Shown: one piece after another, positions 40,950 to 50,876 of the stretch
Position numbering within the stretch: the stretch's first letter is position 1
Layout: each line of letters begins with the position of its first letter
Assembly (NCBI GenBank): GCA_963422375.2
Contig: OY729428.2
Location: 3,200,001-3,264,000 of the forward strand
Source of the DNA: Bryobacterales bacterium
GTDB taxonomy: Bacteria; Acidobacteriota; Terriglobia; Bryobacterales; UBA6623
Direction of reading: 5' to 3'
Length of the DNA stretch: 64,000 bases
The notes under the pieces: generated by a model
What the model saw: the letters and a program-made list of their open reading frames with translations, nothing else
Database searches by the model: none
Told to the model about the DNA's origin: nothing
Made by a program: the position numbers and the translations under genes

Positions 40950-42092
40950 TCAGTCGGCCGCCCGCACCAGGTAGGGCTCGAATGCCTCGGTGCAGATTGT
41001 CAGTCCGAGCCCCGGACGGTCGGGCAGGCGCCAGCGGCCCGACTCGAGCGCGATGGGCTGGTCGACGATCACCGTGCGGAACGGGTTCTCCGTCCGGTCG
41101 CACTCGATCAACTTGGTCTCGGCAGTCAGCGAGAACGGATGGCGCGGGCGCGCGGCGTAGAAGTGCAGCGCCGCGACCTGGCCGACGGCCGAACCCCACG
41201 CATGGGGCGTGACGTGGACGCCCGTCAGCGATCCCAACGTGGCGATCTTCATGCCCTCGGTGATACCGCCGCAGGCGCAAATGTCCGGCTGCGCGTAGTC
41301 GAACGCGCGCGACCGGAACCAGCGGTCGAACCCGAAGCGGGTGTACTCGCATTCGCCCCCGGCCAGCGGGATGCCCGTTCGAGCCTTCACCTCCAGGTAC
41401 GCCTCGGGGTCCAGCGGCGACACGGGCTCCTCGAACCAGCGGATACCATGACGCTCTACGGCCCGAGCCAGCCGGACCGCGTCCATGGGGCTGTACGCGT
41501 GGTTGGCGTCGATCATGAGCTCCGTGTCCGGGCCCGCGAAGTCCCTCACGGCGGCGACCAGCTCGGCGTCTCGGCCAACGCCTTGGCCGACCTTGATCTT
41601 GAGGGCCCGGAAGCCGGCACCGAGACACTCGGCCGCTTCGCGTTCCCAGCGCCTTTCCAAGGGCTCATCCCCGCCGAAGTAGAACCCCGTCCAGTAGCAT
41701 TCGATGGAATCGAGCGGCTCGGCGCCAAGCGCCCGATAAAGCGGGAGACCCGCGCCTTGGGCCTTCAGGTCCCAGCAGGCGATGTCAAGCGCCGATATGG
41801 CCGCCAGCACGACTCCCTTCTGCCCGTAGTCCACCGAACGGGCGTAGAGGAGTTCCCAAAGCGACTCGACGGCGCGGGGGTCGCGCCCCGGCAGCAGGGG
41901 CCCGAGAAAGTCTCTGACGATCACCGCGGTCACGGAGGCCGGACCATAGGCCTCGCCCCAGCCTTCTCGTCCGTCGTCCGTGGCAACCCGGACGAGCATC
42001 GCCTCGCGCTGCGAGTACGCGAACTGGGAGAAGCCGAACGGCGCTCGGAGCGGCGCGTATAGGTGGAATGCATCAACGCGGCTGATTCGCAT
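40950..42092 (-). CDS. Mandelate racemase/muconate lactonizing enzyme family protein (galactarolactone cycloisomerase-like)
   Basis: GWGE, AISALDIACWDLKA, KIKVG, MIDANH, WFEEP, AGGE, QPD...CGGITE and PHAWG. Confidence 0.9.
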   Translation of the reverse strand: MRISRVDAFHLYAPLRAPFGFSQFAYSQREAMLVRVATDDGREGWGEAYGPASVTAVIVRDFLGPLLPGRDPRAVESLWELLYARSVDYGQKGVVLAAISALDIACWDLKAQGAGLPLYRALGAEPLDSIECYWTGFYFGGDEPLERRWEREAAECLGAGFRALKIKVGQGVGRDAELVAAVRDFAGPDTELMIDANHAYSPMDAVRLARAVERHGIRWFEEPVSPLDPEAYLEVKARTGIPLAGGECEYTRFGFDRWFRSRAFDYAQPDICACGGITEGMKIATLGSLTGVHVTPHAWGSAVGQVAALHFYAARPRHPFSLTAETKLIECDRTENPFRTVIVDQPIALESGRWRLPDRPGLGLTICTEAFEPYLVRAAD

Positions 42093-42118
42093 CGAGTTGG
42101 TAGAATACCGTTCCGCAG
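42093..42118. promoter_or_regulatory. Putative bidirectional promoter with overlapping -10 hexamers
   Basis: Only 26 bp separate the divergent ATGs. TAGAAT lies on + at 42101-42106 and TATTCT on - at 42107-42102. No Shine-Dalgarno sequence on either side. Confidence 0.5.
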
Positions 42119-43087
42119 ATGAAAGCTATTCGCATCCACCAGCACGGCGGCCCCGACGTCCTGAGCTATGAGGACGTTCCCCAGCCCGAACCCGGCCCCG
42201 GCGAGGCCGTTGTCAAGGTCGAGGCGGCGGGCGTCAACTTCATTGACATCTATTTCCGCACGGGACTGTATCCGGCGCAGCTGCCCATAACGAACGGGCA
42301 GGAAGCCGCTGGCACCGTGGCCGCGCTCGGCCCGGGCGTGACTGAATTGGTAGAGGGCGACCGAGTGGCCTACACCGGCGTCCACGGCGCGTACGCCGAG
42401 TACGCGGCAGTGGCCGCGGACCGGCTGGTCAAGGTCCCCGACTCGATCACGGTCAAGACGGCAGCGGCAGCCATGCTCCAAGGCATGACGGCGCATTATC
42501 TGGTCCGTTCCACATTCGAGCTGAACTCTTCCCACACGGCCTTGATCCACGCCTGCGCGGGCGGTGTCGGGCTGCTTCTCGTCGCGATGGCGAAGAAATT
42601 CGGGGCGCGGGTGATCGGCACTTGCTCCACGGAGGGTAAGGCCGCGAGAGCGCGCGCGGCCGGCGCGGACGAGGTCATCCTGTACACGCATCAAGACTTC
42701 GAGAGCGAGTGCAGACGGCTGACCGGCGGCCGCGGCGTGGACGTGGTGTACGACTCCGTCGGCAAGTCAACCTGGACCGGCAGCCTAAACAGCCTCAAGC
42801 CTCGTGGGATGATGGTGACGTTCGGGAACGCCAGCGGCCCCGTCCCCCCGCTCGCCCCGCTGGAGCTGACCAAGCGCGGGTCGCTCTTTCTGACTAGGCC
42901 GTCGCTCTTTGCCTATATCGGCAGCCGAGCAGAGCTGGTACGCCGTTCATCGGAGATATTCGCGTGGGTCGCGTCTGGCAACCTGCACATTCACGTCGGC
43001 GGGGAGTTGGCCCTGAGCGACGCGGCAGAGGCGCATGCGCGCCTAGCGGGCAGGAAGACGATGGGCAAGCTGCTGCTGCTGCCCTGA
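42119..43087 (+). CDS. qor: NADPH:quinone oxidoreductase (zeta-crystallin family)
   Basis: MKAIRIHQHGGPDVL, GVNFIDIYFRTGLY, LQGMTAHYL, HACAGGVG, VYDSVGK, GNASGPV and GSLFLTRPSL. Confidence 0.93.
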   Translation: MKAIRIHQHGGPDVLSYEDVPQPEPGPGEAVVKVEAAGVNFIDIYFRTGLYPAQLPITNGQEAAGTVAALGPGVTELVEGDRVAYTGVHGAYAEYAAVAADRLVKVPDSITVKTAAAAMLQGMTAHYLVRSTFELNSSHTALIHACAGGVGLLLVAMAKKFGARVIGTCSTEGKAARARAAGADEVILYTHQDFESECRRLTGGRGVDVVYDSVGKSTWTGSLNSLKPRGMMVTFGNASGPVPPLAPLELTKRGSLFLTRPSLFAYIGSRAELVRRSSEIFAWVASGNLHIHVGGELALSDAAEAHARLAGRKTMGKLLLLP

Positions 43088-43135
43088 ATCGCCCGGGGCA
43101 GGGCCAGCCTGCCGGTTGAGCCCGGATCTCGGCCC

Positions 43136-44920
43136 AGGGCGATTCCGAAGTTGGGGCGCGGCGCGATTCGCGATTGCTTGCCGCGAGGACCGGACATTTG
43201 GGCCTGAATCTGCGATTACCCGAGTAGTGCTCGCGAGCCCGTTGCAGCCGAGCGAGGTCGGGGCGCGTCCGGTGCGTCCCGACGAAACGGAGCGTTGGGC
43301 CGCGTTGATGCGGACTCATCATTACCTCGGGTATCGCAAGATGTGCGGGGCCCAGCTGAAGCAGGTAGCCGTGCAGGGCGAGCGCTGGCTGGCGCTGCTC
43401 GGCTGGCAGCCCGCGGCTCTGCATTGCGGTCTCCGGGACCGCCGGTTCGGCTGGAGCGCCCTGCAGCGGCGCTAGCGGCAGTGGCTGGCGGTCTCGAACG
43501 CGCGCTTCCTGCTGCTCCCAGCAGCCGGGCGCACGCGCTGCCTGGGCGACGACTGGCTGCCCGGCAACAGCTACCGCCCGCCGCTGGCGGAGGCCCTCGT
43601 CGACGCGGCGCGATTCGTCGGCACCTGCTACCGGGCGGTCAACTGGATCGAGCTCGGCGCCACCCAGGGCTGGCGGCGAGTCCGCGGGCAGGCGGCGGGC
43701 TACGCCTGGCACGGACGGGCCAAGCGCGTCTTCGTCTACGAGCTCGCGCTCGGGGCGCTCGGGCAGCTCGCCGCGGAGCGGCCGCGGGCGGAATGGCAGC
43801 GCCGGAGGAATCGCGTGAACTTGGAAGCGTCGCTGTTGGACCACTCGCTTCAGGTCCCGGACTTCCGTTGCCGGCGCGGGGTGCGGCCTCCGCTGCCGAC
43901 CGTGCTGGCGCTCGGGCTGACGGCGCGGCTGGCGGGCTGCAAGAGCGTCACCGAGATTGCCGAGTTCGCCCGGCGCATGGGGCAGGACGAGATGCGTGCG
44001 GCGGGTGCGCGGCGGTTCGAGGAGGGGTACCGCCCTCTGTCACACAACACCGTCCGACGGGCGCTGCCAGGCGTGGAGGAGAGCCAACTGGAGAAACGGG
44101 TGAATGCCTGGCCGAGCGCCCAGGGCAGCGGGGCACATCCGGGCGAGGCGCTGGCCCTGGACCGCAAGCACCTGCACGGCTCCTAATGATCACGGCCGCG
44201 ATCCACACGGACAAGTGAGCTCGGCACCGGCGCGGCAGCAGCTGTCCGTGGTGGGCGCCGAGTCGAGGCAAGTCTGTGCGCAGCAAAGGTTTAGCGGCGA
44301 CAAGGACGACGCCGAAGGGCGCGCGCTGTGCGAGTTGCTCGCCAGGATGTAGATGATGGGGCGCTGCATCGTGGCCGACGCGCTGTACGCCAACAACGAC
44401 AGGGCGCTACTTATGATCAGCCGCGGGGCCTTCCACCTCTTCACCGTGGAGGGGAGTCAGCTCACGCTGCGGGACACCCTGGCGAGCTGCGATCGAATGT
44501 GCCTAGCGGAGCACGGGGAGGAGGGCCGGCGCCACGGGCGCAACGAGATCCGCCGCATCCGGGTGATGGAGTTGCTCGATGCGGAGGGCCGGCCGGCGCA
44601 GAGGCTGCCCGGGCGCGACCTCGAGGCGGTCGCGGGCCTGAACTTGTCCGGCCTGCGCGTCGCGCCGCAAGCGATCCGCGAGGTCACGAACCGGTAGACC
44701 GGCTAGGCGCGCACGCCGGTCACCGTGTACCTGACCACGAACATGGACCCGGCCGAGGCGACCGGACCGCGCCTGACGGGGCGGTCGGGAACGGGACTCA
44801 CGGCGTCCGCGACGGGGCCGAGTACGTCGAGGACAGCTGCCCCGGGGCGCAAGGGCACGCTCGCGACCTTGCAGAGCACGGCAGTGTCGATCCTATGCGA
44901 TCTCGAGGTGGGCAACACCT
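43136..44920 (+). mobile_element. Decayed DUF4338-ISAs1 fusion transposase, interrupted at its 3' end by ISNCY copy 2
   Basis: LMRTHHYLGY...GAQLKQVA...LLGWQPAA...RDRRFGW, NARFLLL, FVGTCYRAVNW..LG.T.G (DUF4338), then VPDFR.RRG.R.PL..VL, ALDRK.LHGS and VADALYAN (ISAs1). In-frame stops at 43473, 44184, 44350 and 44695. Boundaries are approximate. Confidence 0.8.
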
Positions 44921-46645
44921 CAGCAATTCTCAATTTGGGCATTTTGGGGTTTCCAGAGTGTCTGAGAAAGGTGTCGAAGGCAGTCTGGCACTTGACTTTT
45001 GCTTGCGGAATGTGTGAGCTAGAGTGAATGCCCCATGTCCTGGACTCGCTGCCGAGCGCCTTCCGCGAGACGGCCGCCGGCCTGCCCGACCGGCGCGAGG
45101 GTCGCCGCAACAAGCGCTACGAGGTCAGCGACGCCGCCGGTTGCGCCCTGGTGCGCCCCGGCCTGCTTCTGCACCCGGTGCGAGTCGTTGCTCGCGTTCC
45201 AGCGGCGCATGGAGCGGGACGGCTCCCGCTGCAACTGCCGGACCCTGTTGGGCGCGGGCCGCATCCCCTGCGACAACCGGATCCGCAACTTGCTCGACGA
45301 CCTCGACCCGGCCGCGTTCGACCCGCTCTTCCGGCCGTGCCTCGCAACCGTGGCCGCGCAGGGCGCGCTCGCGCCCTTCCAGCGCCTCGACGAGCGCCTG
45401 CCGGCGGCTCCGGACGGCGTCCGGTTCCACCGCTCCGACAAGGTGCATTGCCCGCAGTGCTCGGTGCGGCGCGTCGGCAGCGAGCGCCGGCCGCATCACT
45501 TCCACGCCATGGTCGCGGCCACCGCGGTGGCCGACGGCCACGCCACCGTCCTGCCGCCGATGCCCGAGTTCGTATGCCTGCAGCAGGACGCGGCCGCGAC
45601 CCGCGCCGACATGAGCGAGGACGAGCGCAAGCGGGACTGCGAGCGCAACGCCGCCAAGCGCTGGATCGCCGCTCAGGGCGCCTGGCTGCAGGCCTGCCGC
45701 CCCGTCCTGCTAGGCGATGACCTGTACTGCTGCCAGCCGGTCTGCGAGGCCGCCGCGGCGGCCGGCATGGACTGCATCCGGGTATGCAAGCCCGGATCCC
45801 ACAAGCACTTGTACGAGGTGCCGGAGAGCCGGCGGGCGAGCGGCGCGGTGCGCTCGACCGGCTGGCTGCCGCGGCGCGGGAAGGGCAAGCGGTCCGAGCG
45901 GCACCGTTTCCGCCGGACGGCCGCGGTGCCCCTGCGCCAGGGCCGCGACGCCCTGCGGGGCACTTGGCTCGAGTACGCCGTGGAGCGCGAGGGCAAGCGC
46001 ACCTGCGCCCACAGCTTCTTCACCGGTCTCGCGGTCACCGCGGACAACGCGGAGCGGATCGCGCGCGCCGGCCGGGCGCGCTGGAAGATCGAGAACGAGG
46101 GCTGCAACTGCCTGGCGCGGCACGGCCGCAACTTCAAGCGCAACTTCGGGCACGGCAAGGAAGGGCTGGCCAACGTGCCGGCCGTGCCGAACCTGTTCGC
46201 CTTCGCGCTCCACGCCGTGGTGCAGTGCGTCCGCGCGCTGCGGCAGCAGTGCCGGCGCCAGCCGGTCACGCGCCGCGCCCTGTTCCGGGAGCTGCAGGTC
46301 GCGCTGCGCTGGTTCCGCTTCCCGGACCGGCCGACGCTGCTGGCGGCGGTGCGCGACGGACGCGCGCCTCCGGGCTGCCAGGCAGCCGGGGCCTGGACTC
46401 CGCGCAGTTTCGTGCCGGCAGCGTCCGGCGAGCGGCCGGCCGTCAAAGCCGGCTACCGCCGGAGTGCGTCCGGTCGCGGGCTCGGCACTCCGCGGACCCG
46501 CGACGCGGGCCGCGCCACGGCCCTGCCCGCCGTCCGACGCTCCCGCGGGGCGGCCTCGGGAGCGCAACCTCTCGGTCAACTGATTCACCTCATCCTCCGA
46601 AACAACGTTCACGCACCCCCTTGACGGCCAAATTTAGAACCGCTG
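44921..46645 (+). mobile_element. Complete ISNCY-type element, copy 2, with 18-bp TIRs and a 9-bp TSD; transposase frameshifted near its 5' end
   Basis: The left end CAGCAATTCTCAATTTGG pairs with the right end CCAAATTTAGAACCGCTG. GCAACACCT is duplicated at 44912-44920 and 46646-46654. The transposase starts at ATG 45028 (QDAAA..KRDCERNAAKRW, LGDDLYC, GRARWKIENEG); a 10-nt duplication near 45150 relative to copy 3 shifts the frame. Confidence 0.93.
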
Positions 46646-47545
46646 GCAACACCTCCAAGACGGTGCGCGAGCCGACCGCAATCGCCCGCCAAGCCTTGGG
46701 CATCATGCCTGCGCCTGCATGGTCACGCGGGGCGTTTCAGGCGCTCCAAGCGTGCCCGCAAGACGGGTCGAACCCCTCCAGCGCCCCGCCATTCGACACC
46801 TCTAGTCCGACGGCTGTGACCGGGCACCCATTCTGCTCCGCTTACCTGGAGCCCCCGGCGACCGACGTTGGCGCACCCCTAGCGGCGGAGGTCCTTTGCC
46901 CTGGCTCATACGCCGAGGCGCGCGCTATGGACATAGGAAGGGAGGATGGCGGTCGCACATATCCCTCCTATCACCGAACGGGACCGTTCGTCCGTGTGAC
47001 GGACGGTAGCTCAATACTCCGAGACGCAGCCACGGCTTGATGCCAGGCATTCGGCTAGACTTCGTGCTCGCAGGAGCAGCCGGTAATCCGCTGCAGCCGC
47101 CCCGCCGGGGCGCGTTCTGACGCTGCGGGCGAGCGAGGCAAAGCACTATACGCCCGACCAACCGATCCACACCAGCCTTGGACGACCACGCCTCAATGCG
47201 GAAGAGCGGAAGAGGGGAGTCACTCACCGGAAGTCGCAAGGGCGTCCCTCGCCCCTGTCGCCTTGCGCCGCTACACCGGGGCGAGCGACCCGCAGCCGAC
47301 CGTCTGCTCAGCGCGACTTCCGATGCCGGACGTCAGCTTCTCAATACGGGCCCATCAGGAGTCGCCGCCGTGACGGCAGAAGCCGGGACGTCGCGCCCCA
47401 GCGAGCCGAGACGATCCTCAGGGCGTTTCAGGTTCAGCGATCCGTGCTCGAAACCGGGTGGCGCACGGCGGCGCGATCACCAACGCAGAGGCTGGATTTC
47501 CTGCGATCTTGGCACGCTCTCGCACGCCAAACCAAGACAGACCCC

Positions 47546-48544
47546 TTAGTTCCCGACCGCTGCCCCTGCAAATCGCACAGCTTCCGTGTAGGCCTCCAGC
47601 AAGGCCCCGGAACCTGCGCCGGCCAGCCCGTGTTCCGCCCCATCGAACGACAACAGCTCGTGAGGAACGCCGTGCTCGCGCAACCGCTCCGCCATTTGCA
47701 CCGACTGCTCGTACGGCACATCCGTGTCGTCCTCGCCGTGAACGAGCAGCGTCGGCGGATAGTCCGAAGTCACGTTATTCAGCGGCATGTAAGGCTCGAA
47801 CTTCTCCGGGGTTTCGCGGGGGTCCCAGCCGGAGATCTCCCGCGGCCAGATTCCGTGCTGGCGACAGTGCTGGTAGAAGGCCCCACCATCGCCCTTGCGG
47901 TCCCCCGAATTCGAAATGGGCGGTCCGCTGACTTGGCTGAGCGCTTCCTCGCGCGACATCGCCGTCCGGTGATGTCGCGCGTGAGGGCTTGGCGTCGAAT
48001 ACCAAGGCCCAATCAGATCCGCGTAGCCCCAGAACGAAACCAGCGCAGCCGGTCGCGGCTCGACGCGGTGGCCCGTCGCCAGCGTCAGGTAGCCTCCAGC
48101 AGAAGCGCCTAGGACAACGATGCACTCCGGATCAGCACGAAAGAGCTCGGGACCTTGGCTGCGTATCCATGCCAGCGCATCCTCGACGTCTTCCAAGATG
48201 CTAGGGAGCTTCGTATTCGGCGCAAGCCGGTAGTCGATTGAAGCGACGACGAATCCCGCCCGGATCAGAAGCTCCTTCAATTTCCGGGGAACGCTCTGCC
48301 TGCTCCCCATGATCAGTGCGCCCCCGTGGATCCAGACGGCGGCCGGCAGAACCTCGTCCCCCACGCGGCGATACACATCGGCTCGGATCGCAAGTCCGCC
48401 CACGGTCTTGTAGGCGTGCGTGCCAACTGGAATACGATCCGGCAGGCAGCCGCTTGCCACGCCAGCAGCCAGCATTCCGGCGACGCGGACCACATCCCGG
48501 CGACTGGCGACAGAATTGATTGACACACGGGTGCTGCGTGACAT
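47546..48544 (-). CDS. Alpha/beta hydrolase (HSL/BD-FAE-like esterase), possibly Tat/lipoprotein exported
   Basis: IHGGAL, IDYRLAP, nucleophile GASAGG, VHGEDDTDVP and AEHG; SRRDVV...ASGC N-terminus. Confidence 0.9.
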   Translation of the reverse strand: MSRSTRVSINSVASRRDVVRVAGMLAAGVASGCLPDRIPVGTHAYKTVGGLAIRADVYRRVGDEVLPAAVWIHGGALIMGSRQSVPRKLKELLIRAGFVVASIDYRLAPNTKLPSILEDVEDALAWIRSQGPELFRADPECIVVLGASAGGYLTLATGHRVEPRPAALVSFWGYADLIGPWYSTPSPHARHHRTAMSREEALSQVSGPPISNSGDRKGDGGAFYQHCRQHGIWPREISGWDPRETPEKFEPYMPLNNVTSDYPPTLLVHGEDDTDVPYEQSVQMAERLREHGVPHELLSFDGAEHGLAGAGSGALLEAYTEAVRFAGAAVGN

Positions 48545-48720
48545 GATTTCGCGTCTCCTTGGCGAAGGCCACATTGTCTGGCAACTGGCTTCCGTCGCTC
48601 GGCTATCGGTCAGGCTCTCTTGCGGCTGCCGCTGTCCGAGCGGCTGGAACACCGCGTTCAATCTCGCGCACGGTGGGTCTCACGATAGCGTCCTCTGCGG
48701 CCCGCCCATTGCCCACCCAG

Positions 48721-49330
48721 CTAACCCGAGCTCAGAGATTCATGCGCCGCTGTCCGATCCGGCCCGATCACCCCCAGCCGGAGCCGGCGCGCGTAGGACT
48801 GCGCAGCGTCGGCCAGGCGCTGGTAGCCCGGCGAGCTGATCTGGTGCTCCGGCGGCGAAGCCGAGCCCGCCGAGAATGGCGTGCGCCGACGCGAGCCGGT
48901 GGGGCAGCTGCGGGCCGGCGTGCCGCACGGCCCCCTGGGTCATGCGTTGGCCATCATTCATTCGAGATGCGCATCTGCCGGTCGTCGTTGACTTCGACCA
49001 GCTCCAGGTCGCGCACTTGGTCGACCGGCTCCGGCACCTCGACCCGGGGGGCTGCGCGGCGACGCCGAGGCGTCGCGGGCGGCAGTGCCTGGGTCCGCCG
49101 TGGGTCGGCTCGGGCAGGCGCGCCCGCTCAAAGCCTCGCAGGGCTGGTCTGCAGGTGGCCACTTGCAGCTCGCCGCACGGGTCCCGGAAGCCGAACTCCG
49201 TGCAGACCAGCTCGCCGATGGCCGTGCGGGTGGCGCGGCGATGCTCCTAGAGTCAGTTCCCTTAGACGGACCGGGGCCTCGTCAGTGGCGAGCGTTGCCG
49301 CAATCCGGTGTCGCTGGCACCTGTCCAAGG
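48721..49330 (-). mobile_element. Internally deleted DUF4338-IS4 element remnant
   Basis: Shares its end with 38616 (GCTCAGAGATTCATGCGCCGCTGT..G.TCCGGCCCGATCACCCCCAG). Encodes VCTEFGFRDPCGELQVATC, VDQVRDLELVEV and GPQL...SAHAILGGLGFAA joined almost directly to that end. The high-coordinate boundary is approximate. Confidence 0.65.
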
Positions 49331-49507
49331 AGCGGCCTGCCACCGGGTCGCAAGTTGAGGCCTAGCCTCTGTGGCAAGTGCAGCCTGCGGCACCGCATCC
49401 TACGCGCGGCACGTCGCTCGGCTCGAAAGGGTCGGTCAGGCGTGGGGCGCTCGGGGCCCGGCTTGGTCAAAGGTCATGCGGGAGGTGCTGGCGCCGTCCG
49501 ACGGCAC

Positions 49508-50863
49508 TCATGCCAGCAACTGCGGAATGACTCCAGTGCTGTCCGCGAAGCGATCAAGACCGAGACCCGCGACCCGAGAGTGCGTGAGCCAGAGATTCGC
49601 GAGGGGAGTGCCCTCCGGACAGCTCAGGTGCTGGTTGAGGCGGAGGAGTCCCCCGCCCGAGCCGGCAACCACGATAGGCAAGTCGCTGTATTGGTGGGTC
49701 GCTCCGTCACCCAGCCCGGAACCGTAGGTGAATAGCGTGTTGTCAAGCAGCGAGGAGCCGTCGGCCTCTTCGATACGGTCCATCTTGTCTACGATATATG
49801 CGAACTGCTCCACGTGAAACCGATCAACCTTGAGAAGCTCCTGTGCGTATTCTCTCTGGCTGTGAGACATCAAATGATGGCTCATCGGCTCGTCGAAGAG
49901 TCCCTCGAACATGAAGGGCGTGTTCCAGCGCTCGGGACCGACCATGAGCGTGCCCACTCGAGTCAGGCCCGTCTGCAGCGCGACGACCAGCAGGTCTCCC
50001 ATGAGACGGATATACGCGCCACGCGGCAAGTATGCCTCGGGAGGTTCCGGAACCGAGACCTTTGTCAGTTCTCCCTTCATCCGTTCGAGCTTGTCCATCT
50101 GCTCCTCAATCGTGCGGACGGAATCGAAGTACTCGGCAAACTTGTGTCGGTCAGCGTACCCGAGTTCCCGCTTCAGCAAGCGGGCGTCTTCAAGGACGAG
50201 ATCGGTGATGTTGCGCAGATCCTCAACATCCTGCGTGCCGAACAGTCTCTGGTATGCCTTCCGAGGGTCGCGGATCGACGGTGCAACATGCCCGGTTCCG
50301 TACCAAGAGATATTGTCAAAGTAGATTGACTCCAAGTTGTCCTTGTGGCTGTTGCAACTGAGTTCCAATGTGCGGAAGGGCGTTGCTGGTCCGATTTCAT
50401 CCGCGATAACCTGGTCGAGCGTGCGATCAAGCGGCCAGGCGGAGGTAGTGACGGTAAACGGCGCGGCGCTGCTCAGGAAGCACGAGGCGCACTGCGCGTG
50501 GACGTCCGTTCCGATCTGGAACGTCCGATCCAAGCCCGTAATGAGGGCCACCTTGTGCTTGACCCTCTCGAGGGGTTCAAGCGTGGGAGTCAGCTGGATC
50601 GTGTGCGAGCCAACGGGAATCGTGCTCTCTGTGATCGCGCTGAAATCACCGTTGAAGGCCGGCAGACCGGCATGCCCTTCGCCGGGAAAGAAGCCGCGCC
50701 GTACGACACCGATCGGCACGTAATAGAAGGCTACCCGCGTGGGTGGCGTCCGTTCCGAAACGTCCGACGGACGCGCTGCGACGGCGATGCTCTCCAGCCA
50801 CGGCAGGGCGAGAGCCGCGCCTCCGGCCCCTTGAAGGAATGAACGTCTGGACAGGGTCCTCAT
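49508..50863 (-). CDS. DUF1552 (HXXSHH) family protein with Tat-like signal
   Basis: LSRRSFLQG.G..LALPWLES, TLDQVIA..IG..TPFRTLEL, HHLMSH, SLLDNT...YGSG..DG..H and PLANLWLT. Confidence 0.9.
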   Translation of the reverse strand: MRTLSRRSFLQGAGGAALALPWLESIAVAARPSDVSERTPPTRVAFYYVPIGVVRRGFFPGEGHAGLPAFNGDFSAITESTIPVGSHTIQLTPTLEPLERVKHKVALITGLDRTFQIGTDVHAQCASCFLSSAAPFTVTTSAWPLDRTLDQVIADEIGPATPFRTLELSCNSHKDNLESIYFDNISWYGTGHVAPSIRDPRKAYQRLFGTQDVEDLRNITDLVLEDARLLKRELGYADRHKFAEYFDSVRTIEEQMDKLERMKGELTKVSVPEPPEAYLPRGAYIRLMGDLLVVALQTGLTRVGTLMVGPERWNTPFMFEGLFDEPMSHHLMSHSQREYAQELLKVDRFHVEQFAYIVDKMDRIEEADGSSLLDNTLFTYGSGLGDGATHQYSDLPIVVAGSGGGLLRLNQHLSCPEGTPLANLWLTHSRVAGLGLDRFADSTGVIPQLLA

Positions 50864-50876
50864 CGTTGCGCTCCGG

